DNA from: Octopus bimaculoides
Lineage: Eukaryota
NCBI RefSeq assembly: GCF_001194135.2
Contig: NC_068987.1
Coordinates: 28,550,991-28,614,990, forward strand
Length of the DNA: 64,000 nt
Direction of reading: 5' to 3'
Shown here: positions 38,752 to 50,920 of the stretch, piece after piece
How positions within the stretch are numbered: position 1 is the stretch's first letter
How the letters are laid out: each line of letters opens with the position of its first letter
Position numbers and translations under genes: made by a program
Notes under the pieces: generated by a model
Seen by the model: only the letters and a program-made list of their open reading frames with translations
Database searches by the model: none
What the model was told of the DNA's origin: nothing

Positions 38752-40490
38752 TAAGAACTCCAGAAAAGAACCCTTCTTGATATCCTAGTTGTCCCTAATA
38801 ACACTAATTTCTGGAGTTGTACTAAACTGGATTTATGCCTAATTCCTTTATTCATCTGTTCAAATCTTTAGGGATAGTTCCTAATGCCTCTATAAGTACT
38901 GAGATACAATTTACCCGGACTTTCCATAGTCTTTCTAACTCAATGGTTAGGTCCTGGAACTTGGTTATTTTATCTATACCTTTCATATTGATTTTCCCAC
39001 CATTTGGGACGATAAAGTCAATTACCTGTCACTTTCTGTTCTCTTTCTCTACTACTACTACTAAATCAGGCTTACTAGCTTCTATTACTCTGTCAGTCTG
39101 ATTGTTAAAGTTTCACAACATCGTATATTTCTTACTTTCTAGTACTTTGCGGAGTTCAGGTTTATACCATTCATCAGTATGTTTAAATCCTAGCTTTCTA
39201 CGAAGCTCCCAGTGGATTACTCTCCCTAGGTTGCCATTTCTTTTCTGTGCCAGCATGTTACATTCATTTATTATATGAGTAACAATCTCCTCCAATGATT
39301 TGCTTAACCTACATTGGAAATTTACTTCGTTTTTGTCTATCTTCGCTATTATACAATTAGTCCTTAATCCTTGACTGCGTGCAGCCACTAAATATAAATC
39401 ATCCATGGTTATAAATCATCCATGGTTGAGACGATGTCCGTTCTTACTCAACTAATAGTGCATGTTGACTCTACGTAGGACTACAGGAAGTTGGATCAAG
39501 GCTATAACAAATAACAGAGGTGAACAAGGGTCTCCTTGGAAGATATCTCTTTTCATTGTTGCCTCGGTTAAGTGTTGGTTGTTACAGGAAAAACGCGTTT
39601 TCCACCTAGGCATGCTGTTCTTAATCAATGCGCACACGTTCTCAGGTATTCCAGGCATGTAGAGTGTTTCCAAAATCCACGAGTGCGACAACTTATCGGA
39701 AGCCTTTTTGAAGTCTTTCCAGGCCGTGCATAAGTTTTTATTTTTTGGTACCATTTAGAGTTTTTCATTATAAACTTGTCTATCACAAAGTGGTTTTTTG
39801 GTGCCTTTGGATCTTTTTCGGCATCCCTTTTGTTCTACTGGCAGAAGATTGTTTTCCGCAAGGAACGTATACATTTTCTCTGCAAGGGTGCCTATTAATA
39901 CTTTCCTAAGGAGGTTAAGACAAGCAATGGGTCGGCAATTGCCAACCTCATTGCCTTATGACCGATCTGTCATTAACAATGTTGTTCTTTCCTCTACATT
40001 CTACACCGGAGCTGCACCACTCTGTAAGCATTTGTCCAATTATCTTGTGTATTGACCTAAACTACTTGAGCCACCAGCCTTGAATTCCGTTTGGCCTTAC
40101 AGCTTTCCAGTTTGGTAGTTTTGATATCTGTGCAAGGACATCTTCCGTTGTTATGCGCACATAATACTGTCGTGGAGCCTCTGGATGATGGAGTTCAGTT
40201 TTCAAAGAATGTATTCACTCTACTCTGTGGTTCTGCGAAACTTCTTTCCCCCAGATGTTATTCCAAAATTGGCGGATTTCTTCTGATACAGTAACTGTAT
40301 TATCGCCTGTGTTTCCTCCTAAGCCCTTCAAAAACTGGCTCTGGTTGTTGGAAAATAACTGGTTTTGCTGGAACTAAGATATGCGGTCAGTGTAGCACTG
40401 CAACTTTAATGTTTTAGCCCGCAACGTTGTTTTAGGGCTTCGATGACAGTTTTGATCCGTTTCTTTTCAATTTAGTACCACGCGTCAGGA
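38752..40490 (-). mobile_element. R4/Dong-clade non-LTR retrotransposon relic (RT, CCHC zinc knuckle, restriction-like endonuclease), internally deleted
   Basis: PNWKAVRPNGI, NCRPIACLN, EQKGCRK, AWKDFKKASDKLSHSWI, IFQGDPCSPLLF, MDDL, CRLSKSLEEIVTHIINEC...IHWEL, TDRVIEASKPDL, QKLVLLGTTRISRRVL. Confidence 0.92.
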
Positions 40491-40742
40491 TGGTTGTGCA
40501 ATACGTGTTTGCGACAATATTTAACATTTATCTCTTATTTAATAAGATGAATATTGGCGCTTATTCTGCAGTTCTCACTTAAATAACAAAGTAAAAAAAG
40601 CAAAACCAAACAACAAATAACTTGCTGCAATGGTTAACAGACAGAAAACAATTTATTCTTTGGTGGTACACTATGAATCATCAGGTCATAAGAGGCAATA
40701 GACTGGATTTGGTACTTTGGATTATTAATATTTAGGAGTAGA

Positions 40743-40957
40743 TAAGGCAGCCTGTTAGCAGAATCTTTAGCACTCCGGGTAAAATGCTTAACGATATTTT
40801 ATCCGTTTTCACGTTCTGAGTTCTAATTCTGCCGGAGTCAATTTTGTTTTTCAGTCTTTCCAGGTCGTTAAAATAAGTACCAGTTAAGTACTGGCTTCGA
40901 TGTAACCAACTTATTCACTCCCACGAAATCCCAGGCCTTGTGCAAAAATTTGAAATC
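40743..40957 (+). mobile_element. SINE family B
   Basis: AGCAGAATCTTTAGCAC, ACGTTCTGAGTTC, AAAATAAGTACCAGTT, GGCCTTGTGCAAAAATTTGAAA. Confidence 0.85.
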
Positions 40958-42734
40958 AAGATGTAAAGTGGTTACACATTTCCAATATAAATTGTGTTTT
41001 GAAGCCATACAATATGGTGAAAAGAAAGCAATGCATAATATTTCCAAAGAACTCAACATGAAATTAAAACTTGATTGTTGGCAAAATCGGTGAGAAAGAA
41101 AAAAAATCATAACAAGACTATGATGAATATTACTGAAGAATCAATGGCATAAACGTTTACCTTTGTGCAACTAGATCGCGAACTGGTGAATCAGAAATTA
41201 TAGACATAAGATATAATAATAACTGCACAAAATGAAAGTAGATCCTACTATGAGCTGCAGGGTAAAGACTGAATTTATCCATAATTCAGAATATGTTGTA
41301 AGATATGAATAGCAAGTGTATAATATAACTTGTTTCCAGTTGCCCGCACGCACATCCCCACTCACACACGCGCGTGCTCACACGCACACACACACACACA
41401 TGCACAGACACTCACGCACACACAGAGAAACTAATGGGAAACAGTGCTGATAATCTGGTTTTGTCACGTAGAAGAAAAACATGTGACATTTCGAAACTGA
41501 CTCATACTGAGAAAGAGATAACCATACAAACAGAGAATGAGAAGGAGAGAGAAGGCTGATGAACAGAGAGAGAGGGGGAGAGTGAGCAACGAGAGAGATA
41601 GTAAACGACAGAGAGAGAGAGAGAGAAAGAGAGAGAGACAATCTGCTGGGAGAGGCAGAAAGAAAGAGATGAATTAAATTAGTTGAAATTCAGTTTTGCT
41701 TTCCTCAAACGGAGACCCTGAACTTTAGATTCCTCCTCTCCTTGTGACATGCAAACTTTCCAAACTCATTCCTTAGAACATACAACTGCTTTCTGTTTTT
41801 TATCTACTAATTAGAAAGAAAATAGCAAAGGTAGAAAAATATTGGACAATAAGAACGGAAGGCAGGTGACATGAACATTAGCTATGTTTTATTGAAAAAT
41901 TCAGTATAGTTATGGGACAAAGGAATCTTGATGAGAGGAAAATATTTAAAGGAAGAGACAGCGAACATGTTTATGCTTATCATCATAGCCATAAAATAAC
42001 ACTTTTGGAAACTAATAAAGAAAGCTGTCACGGCAGTGAATCAACAGTGAAAAAAGATTTCGAGTTAACACAAATAAAGAAAATTGTACTTTTACGCAAT
42101 GAAATGCCTGAGAAGTAAGCAGATAAACTTCTAGATAATTTCATTTTGCACGATGTACGCAACTGCACAACTAGCAGCAGAAACGGTGCTGGTGGTGGTA
42201 AAGAGGATGATGGTGATGATAAGGAATAAAATGAAGTTGCGTAATGGCACACTACAACGCCCATTTATATGCAGGACCTAGTAAATTAAATTAATTCTAA
42301 TCCCAAACAAGTAAATATTTGATTAAATCTGGACGGATTAAAAGACCATGTTGACCTTAGTCTTATAACAACATGGCATATCAACTGGCCAAGGAAATGA
42401 AGTAGAAACTAAGAAAGAAAAGAATGAAAAACGGACGAGTAAAGCATGAACGTTAAACACTGATTCAGGAGAAAATACAGCAATTTTGATTTTAAACATT
42501 CCTTATAAAGAAATTTATGGCTGCCAAAAACACTTCGTATATATTTGATAATCTCTCCCTCCCTCTCTCACTAACTTTTACTCGTTTTGAGTTTCCTCTG
42601 TCTCTCTCCCTTCCCCCCTCCTCATGTCACATTCTTCCTCTTTCTCTGTGTTTCGTCTCCATCTTCCTCGTTACTCTTTCTTGTTCCCTCTCCTTTGCTC
42701 CCCCGCCGCACCTTTTTGTCCCTGTCTCTGTTTG

Positions 42735-42776
<42 letters not shown>

Positions 42777-43899
42777 TCTCTCACACACTCTCTCTCTCTC
42801 TGTATTGGCGTGTCTCTCTATCTTATCGGACTCTAATACAATCTGAACAGCATCTTCTTTTCAATATTTTAATTCTAATAAATTAACATACTCAGAGTCT
42901 TGAATAAACAGTGCTACAAATGTTCATATTAATCTGTGGGAGTGTGATTGAATGATATAAGAGCTTGGACTGGTAAAGATAAATGATAAAATAAAAGCGC
43001 GAAGTTCCATTGGACCTGCATATTTTCTAGTTATACATTAGAAGTTCATTGCTCGAATCGATCTACTGCGGCAGATATATCGTGTACAACAGGACGCATT
43101 GCTAATATTATACATACAAACATTATGGATTACTCACAAAACTACTATTCCACTTATAGTTACTGTATACCATATCCAATAATATCTTTACGCCACTTCT
43201 TTCTCTTTCTTGTTAGCGGGGCGAAAATTTCAGTTCCTAACAAATTATTTGAATAAATTAAATTAGATATTATTATTATCTAACACACGCTAATCAAAAT
43301 CGACATATTCACGTTTTAGTTACAGGATTCGATCAATTTAATCCGTGTTATGTATTTTAAAAAGCTGTAATATTATAACTAATTATGGAGGCACTCATTT
43401 ACGACATTCACAAATGGAAAACAAAAGCGAACAAACAGGTTTATTCGTATATTATAGTTTCGATTCTCTCCATTACAGTTCTTGGAAATATCTGATATGG
43501 CATTTGCAATATTTTACGGTTTTGCTTTTATTTAAATACTATTTTGTAAGGCCCAACTTAAACTGCCGAAGATCCTGGAAAAACATTGCAGTCGTTATTG
43601 TTAGACATGAGGCTGTAGCCTATAGAAAGTTCCACCTCCACCCCCACTAACACTCTTTCTTCCACTTCTTCTTCCTCTTCTTCTTCTTTTCATTCTTCTT
43701 CTTGAAATTCCCTTCCTCTATAATTTGTTTAAAAATACGCTCTCTTTCATGTAGTCTATTTGTATAGTTATTTTTGTTAGCAACAGTGAAGTTGATGGCA
43801 GGAATTAAGTGTGTATTTTTGTTTTCACGTTGTGCTGATATGTATTTTTATTTTTGGTGGTGTGCTGATTTAGTTAGTCTTGGTAATGGAAGGTGAGAG

Positions 43900-45000
43900 A
43901 TTATTTTCAGAGTACTGTATCTCTTCGTACAATATGATCGCTCTTCTGGTAGGGAATCGCTTTTTAACTGCGTATTTTTTCATACACCCACCTGACGACA
44001 ATCTCTTCTGGTGTGTCTTCTGATTTGATTTTGTCCCACGACGAGTATTTGAAGTCAGAAAATCTTATTAGAGAAGAAAGTTCATGCAAAAATGAATGTT
44101 TCTCTCTGTGTGTCTGTACTCTGGTTGACCGGTGCAGAAATAGTCTCTCAGCGGTGTCATGTTGGCAATGTTGTATCCCTGGTCTGTAGCGTTGGCTTCA
44201 TCTGATGCTGCTGTTGAGTTAATTTATATTCTGATTTTTTTTTACCTAATGCTACACTACCTGTTGCTGCTGTTATACTGACTTTGTTTATAATACTCAG
44301 TTTTTCTTGCTGATGTTCCCCTTGCGGTTCCTCTTATAGTAATGACGTTGGCAGCAATTTGTGCGTATGTCTGTGTGGGGTTATGGTAGTGTGTGATTCT
44401 TCTTCCCAGATTTTACTGTGGACAGAAACCCCTTATATGCTCTCAACCACCATTAGTAGTTGAATGCCATTATGCAGGCGCTTCTGCTCAAGGATAGCTT
44501 ATATACTTTCTCGCTGTGTTTGCGTCAATAGCCCTTTTTCTATAGCGGAAAGTTTTTCTTTTTGTAGTCTGTGGAAATGTATTATGGTCGTATTCTCATC
44601 TATATCTAGGACGTCGACTGTCAATGGGCGGCAACTATCCATATCTGGTGGTATATCGAGCACATATATTTTTACTCCTTCGGAATTAGCAGATCATTAT
44701 TTGAAGTTTACTGAATACTAGCTGGTCCCCATATTGGTTGGTAATCTAAATCCAAACATATCGACCCGTTTACCGCATGTAATGCAGGTCTCAATGTATC
44801 AGATTGATTTCGGGTACTTTTCAACTCAGGCCTGCGTTACGCGCTAAATATGCCTGAGCTTCTATCGTAATACAGCATTGTCTTTTTACACGTCTCCCGC
44901 TGGATTTACTGCAGTATGTTTAAAGATGCTGCCCTTTCACTGTTATGAAAATATCATCCTTCAAATACTGGGACATAAATGTAAAATATCCAATCCCTTA
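43900..45000 (-). pseudogene. Possible decayed LINE ORF1
   Basis: Near-open minus frame GVKIYVLDIPPDMDSCRPLTVDVLDIDENTTII...LLMVVES, followed by low-complexity sequence; resemblance to L1-like ORF1 is from memory. Confidence 0.3.
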
Positions 45001-45619
45001 TACCAGACACATATTGGAGTAATTGTTAGTAATTGGCTTACTAACCACACTATTGGCGTTAGTGAGGATGAAAGTGTAAATATTGGTGGCTCTCTTTTTT
45101 TTCTGTTGTAGTTGTTACTGTTGTTGCTTATGCCACGGCGTTGTTACTAATGGGTAATGGTGGTCTTACTTGTGCCATCGTATTACCTTTTGTTTAGCAT
45201 TTTCTCATTGATGTGGGTTTTGTTGTTGTTGCTATTGTTATTTTATTTTTGTTCCTGTTATGGTTGTTACAATTAACGCTCGTTGTGTAATGGGAAATGT
45301 CGTTTTGATAGTCATCTTCATCCTCCATATTCATGGTATACAGAACCATTGAATATCAGGTTTTGAAGATGCATTCTGAATGAAGTCATTATTGTTTTCC
45401 TGTCTAATTCGTTTTGAACCCTACATCATATCCATAACGTACTTTTGGGAGTGCTAAACTACTGAAGCCGATTACTTAACTTCTTTTTTTTAAATTTATC
45501 TCTTTTGAAGTATGAAACTAACGCATCTATGGTTTTCCCCTTTGATATTTTCGTTCATTTTGTTGTTGTATATATTTATTGATTCCTAAATAAATTCTGT
45601 TGTGTTTAGTAATTAATTT

Positions 45620-46190
45620 TCCTCTCTTCAGTTATTACTTGGCAGTTATGTTTAATTTCGGTTTTGTATCATTGACTCTCACAAATCTATACACTCCCTC
45701 AAGTTGTGCATCCAGTTGATTAACAACTGCAACGTAAACAGTAGTGCCTGTTTTTCTGCAGCATTTGCATCAAATTCTAGCCCTATTTAACATGTCAGAT
45801 AGAGGTGTCAACGCCTGACAGTGAAAGAAGAAAGGGAATATGTCCCTTGGAATATTCCTTGCGTAATGGCAATTGGTTTAGGGTATATAATCCCCCCTTT
45901 ATCTGTGCCAGTAAAATTGTTTGCCATTCTCTGTTGATTTGTTTCTCTACTTCTTCTGTATCTTATATGACTGCTGCTGACTTACTCAGAGCTAGTGAGT
46001 TTATAATTTGTGTAAGAGCAGTACCGTTAAAAACCTGGAAGTCATTCAATACCATAGCAACCCAATCCTTTCTCCTTCAGTCTTTCGTTATGCTTTTGTT
46101 GCACTTTATTTTACCCTTACATCTATATGCTCCATTAAAGCATGCCATCAGTTCCACAAGATGTATGCTTCTCCAGGATACAAGAAGACA
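45620..46190 (-). pseudogene. Second R4/NeSL-type RT fragment
   Basis: PIAITQGIFQG...ALTPLSDMLN (IRRGIFQGDSLSPLLFCLALxPLS) plus a degenerate upstream AWID-like segment. Confidence 0.7.
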
Positions 46191-46197
46191 CGCTATG

Positions 46198-46338
46198 GTT
46201 CTATATTTAAGAGATGGGGAATTATGTACAGTATTTACATTATTTACATTATTTACATTCGACGGATATTTGTCCTCATCTTGTTTCTTGTTAACACAAT
46301 GTGTTGGCTGATATACCCTCCAGTCTTCTTCAGGTGCC
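46198..46338 (-). mobile_element. Inverted partial Penelope terminal repeat with degenerate hammerhead motif (46293-46338)
   Basis: Reverse complement aligns with 47607-47694: CACCTGAAGAAGACTGGAGGGTATATCAGCC...GATGAGGACAAATATCC. Confidence 0.85.
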
Positions 46339-47215
46339 ATACATACAGTTCACAATGTAAAAGGAAAAAGACAATCAGCTGGCATTCCTGGAAGTATTAA
46401 TAGCACGCACCAAGTATGGATTCAGGATATCCGTATACCACAAGCCGGCCTTTATTGGACGATACCTCTACTTCAATTCCCACCATCCATACAGTGTAAA
46501 GAGAGGGATTGCATAGTGCCTAAAACATCGTACACAGAATATAAGTAGCGATCGTGATACACACCATGAAGAAATGATCAAGCTCAATAACGATCTATTA
46601 AGCAACAACTACCCCAAAAGTATACTATCCACGCTAATTATGAAGAAGTGAGATGAGATGAGGCCAATAAACTGTCCACAGTCTGTCTGCCTTGTGTGAA
46701 AAGATACAAAAGATATGCGGCCCATATGACATCAGGACAGTATTCANNNNNNNNNNCCTTGTGTGAAAAGATACAAAAGATATGCGGCCCATATGACATC
46801 AGGACAGTATTCAAGAGTAATACAACACTTTGCAAATATCTCCTTCGAGTAAAACCACCAATAGACGAGAATATGACTAAAGACTGCGTTGACTCCATCC
46901 CATGCAGCTGTGGTAGGTTATACAAAGGTGAAACATGTCGCCCCATCGAAATAAGGGTATTCGAACATCGCAAAGCTGTGACAAGTGGAAATATTGATAA
47001 ATCGAGTATAGCTGATCATGTTTGGAAAAATGGAGACCACCTCCCCCTGTGGGATGATGTTAAAATAATAGACAGAGAACACCACGGGAAAATACGAAGA
47101 CTAAAAGAAGCAGCACATATGCTAAGACACAACAACCTCATAGCAGACCGAGTGCAAATATGAACAGCATATGAGAACCGGTATTAAGGAAGGATAGGAA
47201 AATATTAGATTTATA
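46337..47215 (+). mobile_element. Penelope-like element, 5'-truncated: RT thumb plus GIY-YIG endonuclease (pseudogenised)
   Basis: IQFTM*KEKDNQLAFLEVLI...SVYHKP...RYLYFNSHHP...NNYP, then SIPCSCGRLYKGETCRPIEIRVFEHRKAV...SSIADHVW...IIDRE...RRLKEA. Confidence 0.93.
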
Positions 47216-47239
47216 AACCCTAAAAATTCACTCCATAAT

Positions 47240-47337
47240 TGCCCATGGGTATATGGCGTAGTGGTTAAGAGCGCGGGCTACTAACCCCAAGCAGTGACCT
47301 GAACAACAACAACAATAATAATAATAACATCGAAAAA
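47240..47337 (+). mobile_element. tRNA-like headed terminal-repeat/SINE unit, copy 1 (A box present, B box deleted)
   Basis: TGGCGTAGTGG at 47254-47264; GCGGGCTACTAACCCCAAG; GTGACCTGAACAACAAC...CATCGAAAAA. Confidence 0.75.
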
Positions 47338-47481
47338 ATCGATGAAAGACAGATATTCTCCGTATATAGTACACCTCAAATGCAAAAATCTTCCCTAAAT
47401 CAGAGGTTGTATTTTCTGATGACAAAATCAATTTATAATCATTAAGTTGGACTACCAAGTCACCAGAAACACCTGTTGGAT

Positions 47482-47694
47482 TGGTTAAGGGCGCGGATTA
47501 CTAACCCCAAGATTCCTAGTTCGATTCGAAGTAATGGCCTGAACAATAACAATAATAATATGAAAAATACCTTAGGAATGAGAACCCAGGTTCGAAATTT
47601 CCCCAAGACACCTGAAAAAGACTGGAGTGTATATCAGCCGAAACTTTGCGTCAACAAAAAAGATGAGGACAAATATCCATCGAATATAAATAAT
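47482..47694 (+). mobile_element. tRNA-like headed terminal-repeat/SINE unit, copy 2 (B box plus degenerate hammerhead at 47607-47652)
   Basis: GTTCGATTC at 47519-47527; GACAC-CTGAAAA-A-GACTG...CAGCC-GAAAC-TTT-GCGTC. Confidence 0.82.
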
Positions 47695-49749
47695 AGACAT
47701 GCTATGGGTTTCTGATTTTTAGAATATAGTGTACATTATAAAATGTACACTTACGGATTCAGTTGCTTTGACACGTGGTTAGGCCTGTATGTGATCAATC
47801 CTGTCACTATGTTATGAAATGTCTATCCACTTCCACTTCCGACTGTATATCATCTCTCGGTAACTCCCGCTATAAATAAGAGCCCTTGTTGTGATAGAAA
47901 AGAACATAGAACTGAAGATGTATCTGTCAGTCCTCTTTGTATTTCTCACATCAAAATATTGAGGCATGTGGGGGGGAGGTCTCTTTGATATAGACATCTC
48001 ACAGTCAGTCGCGAGCAGTTTTTGCCCTCTCAAAAATAACTATTTCAATCCATATATTTGTGGGGATTTTCAGGAGTTTTGTGAAGAGTATTCCAAATAC
48101 CTTTGAATTTCTTAAAGACAGTAATCCAAGATGCTTCTTTTGTTTATTTCAGCATTTATTGCAAGTGTGCCACGCTGTCTACAGTCGTTCTGGATGGCAC
48201 CATAGGTATGTATAATCGACTATTGTTTTGAATCGACGCAAGAATCATAATTGAAATTCGGTTAATAATAAATTAGATGAATAATAAAGTTAATCTATTT
48301 CTAAATTTATCACAGCTACATTGCACTTGTGTTGCCTTTAGTTGATTCCATTCTGTTTGAGACGTTCTGCTACTATTTCCAAAATGATGATAACATCAGG
48401 TATACTAACCTTTCCTAAGTGTACAGAAAGTGCTCATGGATGATTGTTATGTTCCTTTAGAAAAACAAAATTACTGTAAAGTCTTCCTCCTATCACACTA
48501 ATCCTTTCTGGAATAGAAGAAAATATTGGGTAATGTGGCTGCGAACGTTCACTTTCTGAATTTAAAAAAATGGGATGATCGCAGAGAGATACATCTGATA
48601 ATAGGTTTGATGTATTAAGATTAGTGGATATTGGGTTAAGAGTAAAAACAAAACAATAGATGTGATATTAATGGAAACTTGATGGAAAAGAAGATGGAAA
48701 TGATAAATAGAAGACCCTATCAAAATATTTCTTCAACGGAGACAATGAGATATATTTTAGTAGTGAAAAAAATATCTAGGTTATAGTAAGGAAAAGCTAA
48801 CTATAAATTTTGGTATAAACATAAGTACAAAGTCGAACAAGAGATAATAAATTCGTTGAGGAATGGAAGAGTATAGATATTTGTTCGTAATTTATGATGT
48901 ATTGCTGAGACATTTTCTGCTCAATGAAACGTGGTTCTGCTTTCAATCCTAATACATGGCATTTGGGGTAGTACACTTTTACCACAAAAAAATGAATTAA
49001 ATACAATCTGGGACATTAGAACTGTTTAGATGGCCATTCTTGTGGATGGAAGAACACAAATTAGTCAACGAGCTTCAAAACACCACCTCGCCCATACGTC
49101 TCTGTAGCAGATTCTAAACTTTTGCAAACATTCAGACCAGGTCTCTGCTTTGAAAATAGTGTTTTATCTTTATCTCAAAATTTCGCACGCTCTGGAAATG
49201 ATCGTGAGGTCGGCCCCACTTTAATTATGCAAAAAAGATAATAGAATTTGAAGATAAATGAAGAGATAAATATACGATTCAAATTTAAAAACAACAAATC
49301 AGATCATGAAATGGAAAACATTTTTGAAAGTATCAGTAATATATATAGGCATCCATGAAGACTATTGACAATAAACACTGGTGCATTTTCATGAAACAAT
49401 TATGCCAGACTGCACCGAGGTAAAATAAATGACTACTGCGTAACGCATACCCACACACCTCTGAATGTATATGACTACATGCATATGTTACAAAACGATA
49501 TTATATGTGAAACCAGAAAGATGATTGATAAATATATAGGAGAAGATTAGGATGCATAAAAAAGAAAAAAATATAAGACGTTGAATAAGTGAGAAATAAG
49601 GACTTTACATAGTGATTTTGTCAGGAAAAAAGCTCGACCAAGAGATCAATTGTCTTTAGACCGTTAGTTGTATAAGGGAAACTGGTTAAAGGAAATTTTG
49701 TTAAAATAAAAGAGACAGGAACCAGCAATTTTTCATGTGTTGTCTGACA

Positions 49750-49951
49750 AAATAGGCAAGTCTCTTAGGAATTTATTGTGGAATATTGCAAGGCAGCTTA
49801 AAAAGTGACTGGCGTTTATAAAAAGTGCGGCTCGAAGCAGCTGACAAATTATACAGAATCGAGAATAGATGTTGTAATTGAAAATAACTGGTGTAAGATA
49901 ATGTGGAATTCTCTATACCCAACTGACCGTGTAATAGAGTCTCAAGGTGAC

Positions 49952-49952
<1 letters not shown>
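49750..49952 (+). pseudogene. R4/Dong-type endonuclease-domain fragment ending in (ATA)n at 49953-50060
   Basis: VVIENNWCKIMWNSLYPTDRVIES resembles VLENxxxKILWDFxIQTDRVIE, and the TDRVIEAS segment of the 38.7-40.5 kb copy. Confidence 0.6.
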
Positions 49953-50048
<96 letters not shown>

Positions 50049-50379
50049 TAATAATAATAAAACAGAGAGCATTAGTGAAACAAACTAGCTAATCATAGTT
50101 GTTGTTAATGTTGTAGCTAACCTAATAGGATACAAGCGAAAGGCTGTTAAAGAAAAGGAGAAGAAGGAAAAGATCCAAACTGGAGGAAGAGAATACGAAT
50201 GAAGTTGGAAAAGACATAGAAAGAACTGAAGCAATTAGACAGGATAATATGAGGAGAGCTCGAAAATGAGGTAGTAAGCAGAAAACTGAATGGACAGAAC
50301 AGGTTAGAAGAAAGAGCACTTCTCTCTCCCTTCACATTCCTTTTTTAAGATTCACTTTAAAAATTTGATGAGGGTTTGG

Positions 50380-50920
50380 TCAAAGAGGAAAGAATCTGTT
50401 TTCATACCTTTCATTTTAGTTCACCACAAAATCACATGCGCTAAGACCACCGGACGATCTTCACAAACGATTCAGCCAATAGCCGGATCCAGTCGACATA
50501 GACCAAAATACTCGGGCACTGGACGAGACCGTGCAAAATGGTTTCGCCGCTCTACAGCACTTCTATCCCTGTAGATTTTATCCGGAATCATCAATGCTCA
50601 ACGGTAGTACTGCCAGGAAATTATCCATAGTCTCTGGCCCGAAAGTTTTCTGTAACAGACCAACCAGTTCATTTTTGTCGACGCCTAGAGACTCTCCGAG
50701 AACGTTTCAAGACCCTACGCGTCCTGCGCCAATCTACCGCTTAAATCAAGACTGCAGCTAAGTCAAAGAGACATGCTGTATAAAATCCTGTCTGACATAA
50801 GATGACTCCACCTGCTCAATGTCTAGTAAGTAGAGGACGTTTCCTAGACTCAACGCATGTCTGCGTATAAGCGAGCACGGAATGTCTAGTCCTTCATTCA
50901 TCGGATGTTGAGAGCAAATG
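50380..50920. promoter_or_regulatory. CpG-rich unique block; candidate promoter or 5' exon
   Basis: Visibly GC/CpG-richer than flanks. Minus-strand ACTAAAATGAAAG|GTATGA (ATG at 50414-50412, donor after 50408). Plus-strand GTATAAAAT near 50777. Confidence 0.3.

Noticed and set aside
46690-46813. 57-bp exact direct repeat around a 10-N gap
   Set aside because: Unmerged contig overlap; removing one copy restores Penelope collinearity.
47254-47291. tRNA gene, and the other tRNA-like heads at 8700-8765 and 23737-23800
   Set aside because: No acceptor stem or complete cloverleaf; these are SINE or terminal-repeat heads.
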